From: Calditrichota bacterium
GTDB taxonomy: Bacteria > Electryoneota > Electryoneia > Electryoneales > Electryoneaceae
Direction of reading: 5' to 3'
DNA length: 56,254 nt
Assembly: GCA_018263585.1 (NCBI GenBank)
Contig: JAANWZ010000044.1
Span: 702-56,955, forward strand
This document shows, piece after piece, positions 27,238-36,780 of this stretch. Made by a program: the position numbers and the translations under genes. Position 1 is the first letter of the stretch. Every line of letters starts with the position of its first letter. The notes beneath the pieces were generated by a model. That model ran no database searches and was not told the DNA's origin. It saw only the letters and a program-made list of their open reading frames with translations.

Positions 27238-27440
27238 CGGGTGGCCCGGGGCTTCAGCCTCGGGACTCATCCACTTACCCTTGCCCTTGACTTTAGTCAA
27301 GGATAATCAAACGGTTGTCTGGCGAGGTTCGATCACCCGTTGTATGAGCCGCGGTTGCGAGCAACCGCGGGCCTGTAGCAGTGTCATCCTGAACAAGCGC
27401 GGCATTTGTGTGCCGCGCGCAGTGAAGGATCTCGAGAACT
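27238..27440. repeat. Mosaic REP cluster (C, B, F, family-A left arm)
   Basis: ggtggcccggggcttcagcctcggg; ccttgactttagtcaagg; agccgcggttgcgagcaaccgcggg; gtcatcctgaacaagcgcggca..tgccgcgcgcagtgaaggatct. Confidence 0.85.
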
Positions 27441-27499
27441 GACGGGGTATGAAGATGGGTCTGTGGATGAGGTTTCAACCCCGGTGGATGGGGTTTCGA

Positions 27500-27714
27500 C
27501 CCCGGCAGGGGTCGCAGGTGGATAGCCCCGGGCGTGAGCCCGGGGAGCCGCGCAGCGCCAACAATCGGAACCCCGATGGGATGATACATGATTGTTATTA
27601 TTGAAGATAACTGTCGCCCCTGTGGGGTTGACGGAAAACGTATCGGGGAGACGCGGGCGGCTCCCATCCCGGGGCTTACGCCCCGCGCTATGCGGATGTC
27701 GCCGCTTCGCGGCT
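27500..27714. mobile_element. REP-doublet / empty IS200-type element lacking a transposase
   Basis: Left end ccccggcagggg..atagccccgggcgtgagcccgggg and right end gcccctgtgggg..cccggggcttacgccccgcgctat..gccgcttcgcggc mirror the ends around tnpA. AT-rich centre. Confidence 0.65.
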
Positions 27715-27726
27715 GAAGGGGACGAC

Positions 27727-28497
27727 ATGCCCGAAATCGAAGTCCGCAACCTGAGCAAGGTGTTCGCGGACCGCAAGCGCGGTCGGATCCGCGCCGTGGA
27801 CAACATCTCGTTCGACGTGAACCGCGGCGAGATCTTCGGCCTGCTCGGGACGAACGGGGCGGGGAAGACGACGACGCTGCGCATGCTCGCGACGATCCTC
27901 ACCCCGTCGGCCGGGACAGCGGTCGTCGCCGGGCACGATGTCGTGCATGAACCGGCGGCAGTGCGCGCGAAGATCGGCTACCTCACCGGCGACACGAACC
28001 TGTACACCCGGCTCACCCCGCGCGAGATGCTCCGTTACTACGGCAGCCTGTTCAGCCTCGGGCGCGACGAACTGCGCAGCGCGATCAACCAGGTGAGCGA
28101 ACGATTCGGGCTGCACGAGTTCATCGACACGAAGATCGGCAAGCTCTCGACCGGCCAGCGGCAGCGTGTGAGTATCGCACGCGCGGTGCTGCAGCGGCCG
28201 GAGCTGATGATCTTCGACGAGCCGACCGCCGGGCTCGACCCGGTCGGCGCGCGCCACATCGTCGAGTTCATCCGCGAAAACCGCCGCGGCGGGCAGACGC
28301 TCCTGTTCTCGACCCACTACCTGCGCGAGGCGGAGAAACTGTGCGACCGGCTCGCGGTGATGCACGAGGGCACGATCCGCGCGAGCGGCACGCTCGCCGA
28401 GATCCTCGCGCAAACCGGCGCGGGTGACATCGAGCAGGCGTTCTTCGCGCTCGCCGGAGTTGAGGCATCCGCCGCGCCGGCCGCTCAGTCCGCGTGA
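27727..28497 (+). CDS. ABC transporter ATP-binding protein (NatA-like)
   Basis: GLLGTNGAGKTT, signature LSTGQRQRV, IFDEPTAGLD, H-loop STH. Confidence 0.92.
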   Translation: MPEIEVRNLSKVFADRKRGRIRAVDNISFDVNRGEIFGLLGTNGAGKTTTLRMLATILTPSAGTAVVAGHDVVHEPAAVRAKIGYLTGDTNLYTRLTPREMLRYYGSLFSLGRDELRSAINQVSERFGLHEFIDTKIGKLSTGQRQRVSIARAVLQRPELMIFDEPTAGLDPVGARHIVEFIRENRRGGQTLLFSTHYLREAEKLCDRLAVMHEGTIRASGTLAEILAQTGAGDIEQAFFALAGVEASAAPAAQSA

Positions 28498-28973
28498 CCG
28501 TTCCGCTTCAGCTTCTTCCGCTCGCGCTTCTCCCGGAAAAACTCAGCCAGCAGCGCGGCGGACTGTTCTTCGAGCAAGCCGCCGCTCACCGGGAACCGGT
28601 GGTTGAGCCGCGGGTCGTCGTGGAGACGGTACAGCGATTCTATCGCGCCCGCCTTCGGGTCGCGCGCGGCATAGACAAGCCGGCCGATGCGCGCGAGCAC
28701 GAGCGCGCCGGCGCACATCGGGCACGGCTCGAGCGTGACGTACATCGTCGCGTCAGTCAGGTACCGCTCCCCGAGCGCGTTCGCCGCTGCGCCGATCGCC
28801 TCCATTTCCGCGTGCGCGGTCGGATCCTGCAGCGCGATCGTGCGGTTGCGGCCCTTTCCGAGCAGATCGCCGTCCCTCACGATCACCGCGCCGATCGGAG
28901 TCTCGCCCGCGCTCGCGGCCTCCTCCGCGAGACGCAGCGCCATTTCCATGTAGATTCGAGCGAGGTCGATCAT
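28485..28973 (-). CDS. tadA: tRNA adenosine(34) deaminase
   Basis: ETPIGAVIV, DPTAHAE, YVTLEPCPMCAGA, DPKAGA, LNH. An alternative GTG start lies at 29009. Confidence 0.93.
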   Translation of the reverse strand: MIDLARIYMEMALRLAEEAASAGETPIGAVIVRDGDLLGKGRNRTIALQDPTAHAEMEAIGAAANALGERYLTDATMYVTLEPCPMCAGALVLARIGRLVYAARDPKAGAIESLYRLHDDPRLNHRFPVSGGLLEEQSAALLAEFFREKRERKKLKRNGHAD

Positions 28974-29035
28974 CGTGTTACGGCCGTTCGTTCCGGGTTT
29001 TTCGTCCACGCAAGGTAGCGGACTGTGGAGGAGAG

Positions 29036-29920
29036 ATGCGAGCAGTCGGATTCGCTGTCACGTTCGTTCTCTGCGCCACCCTCGTCATTCCGGCGGTTGC
29101 GGGGGAGGCGATCGGGGTCGATATCAAGCCGGAGAAAGATCCGTTCGACGACCGGGACGAGCCGTGGCGGTGGACGTTCGCCCCGGCCGGTGAAGTCTGG
29201 GTCTGGCAGCACACGCGCACCGACCCGCTCGTCACCTGGGACTTCGGCGCGACCCTGCTCGCCCAGTTCGGGCGCGGCAACGGGCACGCGGTCTGGTTCG
29301 GGGGAGCGTACCGTGAAGCTGCCGGGTTCGACGAGGGCGCGACGATCACCCCGTTCAACCCCCGCCACATCGACAGCGCCCAGTTCCTCACGTGGCGGTA
29401 CCAGCTCGCCCGGCGCAGCACCCTGTTCACCCACTGGGAACGCTGGTGCTACCACGAGATCGACGTGTACAACCGGTCGGCGGTGTTTTTCACCCACGCC
29501 GGGTTCGGCTACGGCACGCTCTCGCCCGCGGAGGCATGGGGGCAGGGGCCGCGGCGCGCGCAGCTCGAGGAGAGACCGGTGCTCGACTACTACCTGCTCG
29601 CGGGGCCGATGATCCACGGCGGCCCGGTCGAAATCATGGGCAACTGGCCGCGCTGGCAGGGGCAGGCGGACGCGTGGTCCGCGCTCGCGGCGCCGGTCGT
29701 CGGCGTGATCGTCGTCGAGCTCCGGGTGAAATGGTCGCTGCTCCTGCTGCGCGAGAGCGAAGATGCCCGCTGGCGGCATCGGGGCGACATCCGGCTCAGC
29801 GTGATGGGCCAGCGCGACTCCGGCAACATCTACCTCGCGTTCGGCTACCGCGTCCGTGACGACTACCCATACCGCCGCAACCCCGAGGCGCCGTATATCG
29901 CGTTCGGTTACCGGATCTGA
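29036..29920 (+). CDS. Exported hypothetical protein, probable beta-barrel
   Basis: GGAG RBS, signal peptide, aromatic-rich alternating strands, RWCYHEID motif, terminal strand YIAFGYRI. Confidence 0.75.
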   Translation: MRAVGFAVTFVLCATLVIPAVAGEAIGVDIKPEKDPFDDRDEPWRWTFAPAGEVWVWQHTRTDPLVTWDFGATLLAQFGRGNGHAVWFGGAYREAAGFDEGATITPFNPRHIDSAQFLTWRYQLARRSTLFTHWERWCYHEIDVYNRSAVFFTHAGFGYGTLSPAEAWGQGPRRAQLEERPVLDYYLLAGPMIHGGPVEIMGNWPRWQGQADAWSALAAPVVGVIVVELRVKWSLLLLRESEDARWRHRGDIRLSVMGQRDSGNIYLAFGYRVRDDYPYRRNPEAPYIAFGYRI

Positions 29921-30056
29921 CCGGCCGGATGCAGCCGCACGGGCGACACACACGCCCGGTGGTCAGCGAGGGCGGAGTGGCTGCGCTATGCGCTATGCCC
30001 ATGCCTGCTTGGCAGGCATGGATGCAAGGGCGAGCATTACGCGGCCTTCCTCGCTC

Positions 30057-30399
30057 GGGGACGCTTGCGAGCAGCCGGTTGTCCCATTGGCTCAGCCGGG
30101 AGTAGTATCGCGGGCGGCAAAGGAGTCAGTCTGACCGAAGCCCGACGTCCGTTTGTCGGGCGAAGTGAAGTTTATCCTGAACGAAGTGAAGGGAAGGTCC
30201 AGGTTCGACAAGCGTGGAGGATACAATGAAACTGGTGATATAGCCCTTGGATAAGCTGGACCTTCTTCACCCGCCTTCACGCAGACAGACGCGTGAAGGC
30301 GGGTTCAGAATGACGCCTCTGCCGCGCGGATGTGCTTCAGAACCCGGTCCATGCACGTGGCTGAGCTAACGGCATAACCGAATGCGAGCAAGCGTCCCC
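30057..30399 (+). mobile_element. 292-bp element, copy 3 (315 bp with a 23-bp nested insert), core GA duplicated
   Basis: GGGGACGCTTGC-GA-[30071-30385]-GA-GCAAGCGTCCCC, with the insert at 30171-30193. Confidence 0.9.
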
Positions 30400-30466
30400 T
30401 GCTTGCGCAGGGCGAGCGGATCCCGGCCTGCGAGCAGGCACGGGGCATATCCGCGGGAACCGGGGG

Positions 30467-32665
30467 TCAGCGCCTCCTTCCGCCGCCACGGGGTCCGCGG
30501 CCGCCGCCGCCGCCACCACGACGGGGCGGTCCGCCGCCGTTGCCGCGACCGCCGCCGCCGCGACGGTCACGTTCGACGTAACCCTCCGGCTTCGGCAGCA
30601 GCGCCTTGCGCGACAGGTCGAGCTTACCCTCAGGCGTCTTGCTCACCAGCTTGACACGCACTTCGTCGCCGACATTGAGCACGTCGGTGACCTTGTCCAC
30701 CCGGTGCCATTCGAGCTCGCTGACATGCACGAGCCCTTCCTTGCCCGGGTAGATCTCGACAAACGCACCGAAGTCCACGACCTTGACGACCCGGCCGTCG
30801 AACTCCTCGCCGATCTCAGGTTCACGCGTCATGTTGCGGATGATTGTCTGCACTTCCCTGACCGCGTCCGCGCTCGTCGAGGAGATGCTGACAAGGCCGT
30901 CGTCGTCGATTTCGACGCTGACGCCGTACTCGGTCTGGAGCTGGCGGATCATCTTCCCGCCGGGGCCGATCACGCTGCCGATGTACTCCGGCTCGATCAT
31001 CATGTTGGCGATCGTCGGCGCGTACTCGGAGATCTGTTCGCGCGGCATCGAGATCGCGGTGTCCATCACGTCGAGAATCGCGTTGCGGCCGTCCTTCGCC
31101 TGCGCGAGCGCCTTCGCCATCACGTCCTTCGACAGGCCGGCGACCTTGATGTCCATCTGGAACGCGGTGATCCCGTCACGCGTGCCCGCGACCTTGAAGT
31201 CCATGTCGCCGAGCGCGTCCTCGTCGCCGAGGATGTCGCTGAGGATCACGAACTCGTCTCCTTCCTTGATCAGGCCCATCGCGATCCCGGCGACCGCCTT
31301 GCTCACCGGCACGCCGCAGTCCATCAGCGCGAGCGAGCCCGCGCACACCGACGCCATCGACGACGACCCGTTCGACTCGAGCACTTCGCTGACGACGCGG
31401 ACGGTGTAGGGGAACTCATCCCAGTCGGGGAGCACGGCCTTGAGCGCGCGCTCCGCGAGATGGCCGTGCCCCTGCTCGCGCCGGCTCGGGCCCATCATCC
31501 GCTTCACCTCCCCGGTGCAGAACGGCGGGAAGTTGTAGTGAAGCATGAACGTCTTCCAGTATTCGCCTTCGAGCGAATCGATCTTCTGCTCGTCCATCTT
31601 CGTGCCGAGCGTGCACGATCCGAGCGCCTGGGTCTGGCCGCGGGTGAACAGAGCGGAACCATGCGCGCGCGGGAGCACCTTGACCTCGACGCTGAGCGGG
31701 CGGATGTCGGTCGGCGAACGGCCGTCGATCCGCTGCTTCCGCTCGATCACCTGACCGCGCATCGCGTCCTTCACAAGATCCTCGAGCGCCCACCCGATCT
31801 GCTTCTCCTGCTCGGGGAACTGTTCCGCGAGTTGTTCGCGGATCTCCTCCTTGATCTCCTTCTGGCGCGCCTTGCGCTGCTGCTTGTCGGAAATCGAGAC
31901 CAGTTCGCCGACACGGTCACCGGCGGCTTTCTTCACCGCCTCCGCGACCTCCTCCGTGGTGATGAACGGTTCCCACTCGCGCTCCGGTTTGCCGAGCTCG
32001 CGCTTGAACTCGTTCTGGAACTCGATCAGCCGCCGGATCTGCTCGTGCGCGAAGTCGAGCGCCTCGAGGAACAGCTCCTCGCTGACCTCCTTCGCCTCTC
32101 CTTCGACCATCACGACCGCCTGTTCGGTGCCCGCGACGAGCAGGTTGAGCTCACACTCCTCCGTCTCCGAAATCGTCGGGTTGATCACGAACTCGCCGTC
32201 GAGACGGCCGACGCGGACACTCGCGACCGGTGTCTCGAACGGGATGTCGGAGACGAGCAGCGCGATCGACGCGCCCATCTGGCCGAGAACGTCGCCCTCG
32301 TTCTCCTGGTCGTGCGAATAGACGTTGAGCAGGACCTGTGTCTCGTGATAGTACCCCTTCGCGAACAGCGGCCGGAGCGGACGGTCGATCATCCGCGCGA
32401 TCAGGGTTTCCTTGTCATGCGGGCGCGCTTCACGTTTGAAGAACCCGCCCGGCACCTTGCCGCCGGCGTACTTGCGCTCGCGGTAGTCCACGGTGAGCGG
32501 AAAAAAGTCGGTGTTGTCACTCCGCTCCTTCCTCGATACGGCTGTCGCGAGTACGATCGTGTCGCCGTACTGCACCCAGGCGGCGCCGTCGGCCTGCTGC
32601 GCGACTTTGCCGACCTCGACTGTGAGGGTTCGTCCCCCCAGCTCCATCTCTCGTTTGAAACTCAT
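30467..32665 (-). CDS. pnp: Polyribonucleotide nucleotidyltransferase (PNPase)
   Basis: [49 protein letters not shown] and S1 domains. Confidence 0.98.
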   Translation of the reverse strand: MSFKREMELGGRTLTVEVGKVAQQADGAAWVQYGDTIVLATAVSRKERSDNTDFFPLTVDYRERKYAGGKVPGGFFKREARPHDKETLIARMIDRPLRPLFAKGYYHETQVLLNVYSHDQENEGDVLGQMGASIALLVSDIPFETPVASVRVGRLDGEFVINPTISETEECELNLLVAGTEQAVVMVEGEAKEVSEELFLEALDFAHEQIRRLIEFQNEFKRELGKPEREWEPFITTEEVAEAVKKAAGDRVGELVSISDKQQRKARQKEIKEEIREQLAEQFPEQEKQIGWALEDLVKDAMRGQVIERKQRIDGRSPTDIRPLSVEVKVLPRAHGSALFTRGQTQALGSCTLGTKMDEQKIDSLEGEYWKTFMLHYNFPPFCTGEVKRMMGPSRREQGHGHLAERALKAVLPDWDEFPYTVRVVSEVLESNGSSSMASVCAGSLALMDCGVPVSKAVAGIAMGLIKEGDEFVILSDILGDEDALGDMDFKVAGTRDGITAFQMDIKVAGLSKDVMAKALAQAKDGRNAILDVMDTAISMPREQISEYAPTIANMMIEPEYIGSVIGPGGKMIRQLQTEYGVSVEIDDDGLVSISSTSADAVREVQTIIRNMTREPEIGEEFDGRVVKVVDFGAFVEIYPGKEGLVHVSELEWHRVDKVTDVLNVGDEVRVKLVSKTPEGKLDLSRKALLPKPEGYVERDRRGGGGRGNGGGPPRRGGGGGGRGPRGGGRRR

Positions 32666-32713
32666 GCTTCCTCCGTGCACCGGATACCCGTCCGATGTTT
32701 GATTGACGGGATG

Positions 32714-32983
32714 TTACCGGCGGATTCCAAGTTCCTTGATCAGCGTACGATAGCGTTCAACGTCCCTCTCCCGCAGGTAGCGAAGCAGTCGCTGGCGCTT
32801 GCCGACGATCTGCAACAGACCGCGCCGGCTGTGATGATCCTTCTCGTGGTTGCGAAAGTGTTCGGTCAGATCACGGATGCGCTCGGTCATGAGCGCCACC
32901 TGCACCTCCGTGCGGCCGGTGTCGTGCTCGTCACGACCGAATTTGCGGATGATCTCCTCCCGTCTCTCCTTTGTCAGCGGCAT
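32714..32983 (-). CDS. rpsO: 30S ribosomal protein S15
   Basis: [29 protein letters not shown] pattern. Confidence 0.98.
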   Translation of the reverse strand: MPLTKERREEIIRKFGRDEHDTGRTEVQVALMTERIRDLTEHFRNHEKDHHSRRGLLQIVGKRQRLLRYLRERDVERYRTLIKELGIRR

Positions 32984-33085
32984 TGCGCTCTCTCCTTCGA
33001 TCTCTATCTGTCTGTTGTTGCTCTTCTGTGTAAAGAGGCTCCGGAATAATGTGTCTCGTGCAAAGACTCGGCCCAGGGCGAGCGT

Positions 33086-33238
33086 GTCATCCTGAACCCG
33101 CGTGCGGCGTCAGTGTGCCGCATGCGGGTGAAGGAGGTCCGAGTCCGACCCCGGTGGACCATGGAAACACAACCGTCTGTTTACCTGGACCTTCTTCACT
33201 TCGCCCGACGAACAGACATCGGGCTCGTTCAGAATGAC
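33086..33238. repeat. Complete family-A repeat (both arms)
   Basis: gtcatcctgaac-cccgcgtgcggc..gccgcatgcggg-tgaaggaggtcc...ggaccttcttcac-ttcgcccga..tcgggct-cgttcagaatgac. Confidence 0.85.
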
Positions 33239-33317
33239 GTCGTCCCCGCGGCGCGCTGCTGCGCAATAGCCGCAGCCCGCAGCCCGCCCCCGCAGTCCGA
33301 AGTCCGCAGCCCCCACA

Positions 33318-34244
33318 TCACGCCCTCGCCAACACCTGGCGCGCGCGCTCGCTGTCATCATCCATCTGCGCGATCAGCTGTTCAGCGCTGTCGAATGCTT
33401 CCTGGCCGCGGAGGAAATCGACCCATTCGACGACGATCACCTGGCCGTGCAGCTCGCGATCGACATCGAAGATGTGCACCTCGACGGACAGTTCGAGGCG
33501 CGGGCCGAACGTCTCCTTGTGTCCGACGGAGGCGACGCCGTCGTACCAGCGCCCGTCCCCCAGCTTCACGCGCACCGCGTACACGCCCTCGGCGGGGATG
33601 AGCTGGTCCGGATCGACGAGGCGCAGGTTCGCTGTCGGGTAGCCGAGCTCTCGGCCGCGGCCTTCGCCGGTTGTCACGGTCGCCGGTGTCCGGTAGCGTC
33701 CGCCGAGGTAACGGTTCGCATCGCGCATCCGTCCCCCTTCGATCGCGAGCCGGATGCGCGTACTGCTCACCGCCGCCTCGTCCTCCTCGTGCGCCTCGAC
33801 GATCACGAGCTCGTAGCCGTACACCGGCGCGCGCTCGCGCATGAAGTCGAGGTTGCCCTCGCGGTTTCGGCCGAACGAGTGGTTGAACCCGACGACGAGC
33901 CGCGCGAGGCCGATTGTCCCGACGAGGATGTCGCGGAGAAATGTCTCCGCCGGCAGCTGCGCGATCTCGCGCGAGAACGGGATCACGATCACGCGCTCGA
34001 TGCCCATCCGTTCCAGCTTGCGCAGTTTCTCCCCGGTCGGCGTGAGCAGCTTGAGCCGTTCCTGGCCGGGCGAGAGCACGTGCCGCGGGTGCGGGTCGAA
34101 CGTGACCACGGTCGGGCGCCGTCCGCTGACGACCTCGGCGAGCAGGTGATGGTGGCCGAGGTGGACGCCGTCGAACGTGCCGATCGTGACCGACGCCTCG
34201 TCGCGGCGCGGGATCTGCTGCGTGCCGTACTGATAGACCTCCAT
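33318..34244 (-). CDS. ribF: Bifunctional riboflavin kinase / FAD synthetase
   Basis: IGTFDGVHLGH, TFDPHP, VSSTRIR, GRELGYPTAN, EVHIFD. Confidence 0.97.
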   Translation of the reverse strand: MEVYQYGTQQIPRRDEASVTIGTFDGVHLGHHHLLAEVVSGRRPTVVTFDPHPRHVLSPGQERLKLLTPTGEKLRKLERMGIERVIVIPFSREIAQLPAETFLRDILVGTIGLARLVVGFNHSFGRNREGNLDFMRERAPVYGYELVIVEAHEEDEAAVSSTRIRLAIEGGRMRDANRYLGGRYRTPATVTTGEGRGRELGYPTANLRLVDPDQLIPAEGVYAVRVKLGDGRWYDGVASVGHKETFGPRLELSVEVHIFDVDRELHGQVIVVEWVDFLRGQEAFDSAEQLIAQMDDDSERARQVLARA

Positions 34245-34304
34245 CGGCTCCCTGCTCGTTGCCCGTCCGGCTGTTGTCAGCAGATTCCGTGACCGGCGGC
34301 GGCG

Positions 34305-34361
34305 GGTGGCCCGGGGCTTGCCCCGGGTCTCATACACCATCGGTCATCCTGAACAAGCGCG
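34305..34361. repeat. C-like REP plus family-A arm overlapping the truB stop
   Basis: ggtggcccggggcttgccccgggtctcat, then gtcatcctgaacaagcgcg (34343-34361) identical to 27383-27401. Confidence 0.75.
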
Positions 34362-35057
34362 CCATGTGTTCTCGAGTTCCGCGAGTGGAACCGCCGCATC
34401 GATCGTGTATTCGCCCGCCTGTGTCCGTCTCAGCGCGCTCAGCGCGGCGGGCGCGCCGAGTTCTGTGCCGATGTCGCGGACGAGGCCGCGCACGTAGAAC
34501 CCGCCGGCGACGGTGACCGCGAACTTGCACTCACGCGCGGCGGCGTCGTACGCCATCAATTCGGCCGCCTCGATTTCCGCCCGCCTCGGCTCGCGCGGCA
34601 GCCACCAGCCGCGGCGGGCGACCCTGTACAACGGCTGGCCCCGCAGTTTCAGCGCCGACACGAGCGGCGGCGTCTGCTCCGGCCGGGATGTGACCGCGGC
34701 GAACGCGTCCCGCAGCCGGCGCTCGCCGAACTCGGGAACCTCGACCTCGACCAGCCGATCAGCGTCCGTGTCGTGCGTCGGCGAGCAGATTCCGAACCGG
34801 ACCGTCGCCTCGTATGTCTTGTTCCCGGCGAGTCCCTCGCTGAGCCGTTTCGTCGCCTCGCGCCCGACGCCGACGACGAGCAGCCCGGTCGCGATCGGGT
34901 CGAGCGTGCCGGCGTGGCCGGCCTTACGCACCCCCGTGACCCGGCGGACATGATCGACGGCGCGCCGGGATGTGATCCCCGCCGGCTTGTCAATCAGCAC
35001 CCAGGCGGCGCCGGGGGCGAGCGGCACGATCCCCCGTGCGCGCACAAAATCAGGCAC
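34344..35057 (-). CDS. truB: tRNA pseudouridine(55) synthase
   Basis: IDKPAGITS, KAGHAGTLDPIATGLL, PPLVSALK..G..LY, GFYVRGL..DIG, LRRT. GTG start overlaps the nrnA stop. Confidence 0.95.
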   Translation of the reverse strand: MPDFVRARGIVPLAPGAAWVLIDKPAGITSRRAVDHVRRVTGVRKAGHAGTLDPIATGLLVVGVGREATKRLSEGLAGNKTYEATVRFGICSPTHDTDADRLVEVEVPEFGERRLRDAFAAVTSRPEQTPPLVSALKLRGQPLYRVARRGWWLPREPRRAEIEAAELMAYDAAARECKFAVTVAGGFYVRGLVRDIGTELGAPAALSALRRTQAGEYTIDAAVPLAELENTWRACSG

Positions 35058-36030
35058 CGCTCGACTCCGCGGCGAGCGCCTCGTGCACCGCTTCGACGCA
35101 GAGGTCGCGGATTCGTTCGCGGGCGTGGCGCGTGTCCCCGTCCAGTTGCCCGCCGGCGGCGAGACGGTGCCCTCCTCCGCTGATCCGGCTCGCGAGCCGG
35201 GACACGTCAACGCGCCCGGCGCTGCGCAGCGAGACCTTGAACGCGCCGTTGTGCAGCGGGCGCAGCAGCGCGGCGACCTCGACGCTGTCGATGTCGAGCA
35301 GGTGGTTCACGAACCCCTCGTGATCGACGCCGATCTCATCCGGCTCCATGTGCGAGACCGCGACGCGGGCGCCATCATGGAGCTCCATCCGCGTGAGCAC
35401 GCGGCCGAGTGCGCGCACGACCCGTTCGTCCGTGCGGTGATACACTTCGCGCGCGACGAGCTCGTATTCGGCGCCGTGTTCGATCAGCTCCGCCGCCGCG
35501 CGCAACGCCGCCGGCGTCGTCCCGTTGAACGCGAACCGGCCGGTGTCCGTGTAGATCCCGGTGTACAGCGCGGTCGCGACGTCCGGCGTCGGCTCGAGCT
35601 CGAAATCGCGGTAGAGCACGAGCATCATCTCGGCGGTCGCCGCCGCGTCCGTGTCCACCCAGCACGCGTCGCCCGTACCCGGGTTGGTCACGTGATGGTC
35701 GATGTTGATCGAGGTCATCGACGGTTCGACGAGCGCGGCCGCGTTGCCGATCCTGTCCGGCGTGCTCACATCGACGGTGAGCACGGCGTCGTACGGCGCG
35801 AGTTTCTTCGCCGGTTTCGCCGTGTACAACCCGTCGAGCCCGGGGAGGAACCGGTAGCGCGGCGGCACCGGGTCGGGCAGCACCGGCACGGCGTACTTCC
35901 CCAGCCCGGAGCGGAGCAGATGCCCGGCCGCGAGCAGCGTGCCGACAGCATCGCCGTCCGGATTCTGATGAGTCGTCACGAGGAAGCGCTGATGCGCATT
36001 CAACGCGCGGACCACGTCAATCAGCGCCAC
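35050..36030 (-). CDS. nrnA: DHH-family phosphoesterase (oligoribonuclease/pAp phosphatase NrnA-like)
   Basis: HQNPDGDAVG, NIDHH, DTGRF, KVSLRS, GGGHRLAAG. GAGGAG RBS before GTG 36030. Confidence 0.9.
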   Translation of the reverse strand: MALIDVVRALNAHQRFLVTTHQNPDGDAVGTLLAAGHLLRSGLGKYAVPVLPDPVPPRYRFLPGLDGLYTAKPAKKLAPYDAVLTVDVSTPDRIGNAAALVEPSMTSINIDHHVTNPGTGDACWVDTDAAATAEMMLVLYRDFELEPTPDVATALYTGIYTDTGRFAFNGTTPAALRAAAELIEHGAEYELVAREVYHRTDERVVRALGRVLTRMELHDGARVAVSHMEPDEIGVDHEGFVNHLLDIDSVEVAALLRPLHNGAFKVSLRSAGRVDVSRLASRISGGGHRLAAGGQLDGDTRHARERIRDLCVEAVHEALAAESSGA

Positions 36031-36406
36031 GGGGCTCCTCGGGGTGGGAGGATGAGGAGTTGTCAAGCTGGTTCAACAACTGCTCGATCCGGTCAGCACG
36101 CTCCATGGTGTCATCCCAGACAAAGCGGAATTCGGGGATCTTGCGGATGCGCAGCGCGGACGCCGCCTGCCCGCGCAGCCGCCTGCCCTGTTTCACGATC
36201 TGTTTGAACACGGCCTCGTTGTCGTCGGCGCCATGCACGGAGGTGAAGATCGCGGCGACTGAGAGATCATCGCTCACCCGCACCTCGGGCACGGACACGA
36301 TCACGCCGGGAAACGTCGCCTGCACGTGATCGCGCAGCCGCTCCGACACGACCTTCTGGATCTCGACGCCCACACGGCGGGCGCGTTTGCTCTTCGGAAA
36401 CTTCAT
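36017..36406 (-). CDS. rbfA: Ribosome-binding factor A
   Basis: RARRV..EIQ, VRVSDDLSVA, RKIPEFRFVWD, RIEQLL, and operon position. Confidence 0.93.
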   Translation of the reverse strand: MKFPKSKRARRVGVEIQKVVSERLRDHVQATFPGVIVSVPEVRVSDDLSVAAIFTSVHGADDNEAVFKQIVKQGRRLRGQAASALRIRKIPEFRFVWDDTMERADRIEQLLNQLDNSSSSHPEEPRGAD

Positions 36407-36690
36407 AGCCACTGGAACTGGCGGCCGAGGATGTTCAACTCCGGGTGAGACTCGAAGATCTCCTCGACGTCGCGCAGCCGTTTCTCCGCAACAGACCGTT
36501 CCGCCGCGATCGTGACCACCGCCATGTGACTGCGGCCGGCGCGGTCCTGGAAATCGACCTCCGCGATCGCGACGTTCATTTTGCGCGCGCATTTGTCGCG
36601 AATCGACCGCAGCACGCGGCGCTTGTCCTTCAGCGTGCGCGCGCCGGGGATGAGGAACTCGGCCTCGTACAGCCCGATCGCAGCGTTCAT
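36403..36690 (-). CDS. DUF503 (YlxP-like) protein
   Basis: TLKDKRRVLRS and NVAIAEVDFQD, in the typical position between infB and rbfA. Confidence 0.9.
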   Translation of the reverse strand: MNAAIGLYEAEFLIPGARTLKDKRRVLRSIRDKCARKMNVAIAEVDFQDRAGRSHMAVVTIAAERSVAEKRLRDVEEIFESHPELNILGRQFQWL

Positions 36691-36780
36691 GCCCGCTCGT
36701 TGTTCAAGCCCGTACTCATGTCTTCGCTTCCGCGGCATCTCTTAGAGTAACGAGTTCCGAGTAACGAGTGTCGAGACGGC

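Noticed and set aside
30467-30570. Gly/Arg-rich repeat at the PNPase C-terminus
   Set aside because: Disordered RGG-type tails are common on PNPase.
30704-33049. Long antisense ORFs (also 7835-9622, 16444-18171, 23797-25383, 37246-39297, 44716-46944, 53849-56212)
   Set aside because: Shadow frames opposite well-supported genes, expected at high GC, with no recognisable motifs.
32984-33050. Possible rpsO autoregulatory leader RNA
   Set aside because: The position fits, but I could not match a known S15 leader structure by eye. It needs a covariance-model search.
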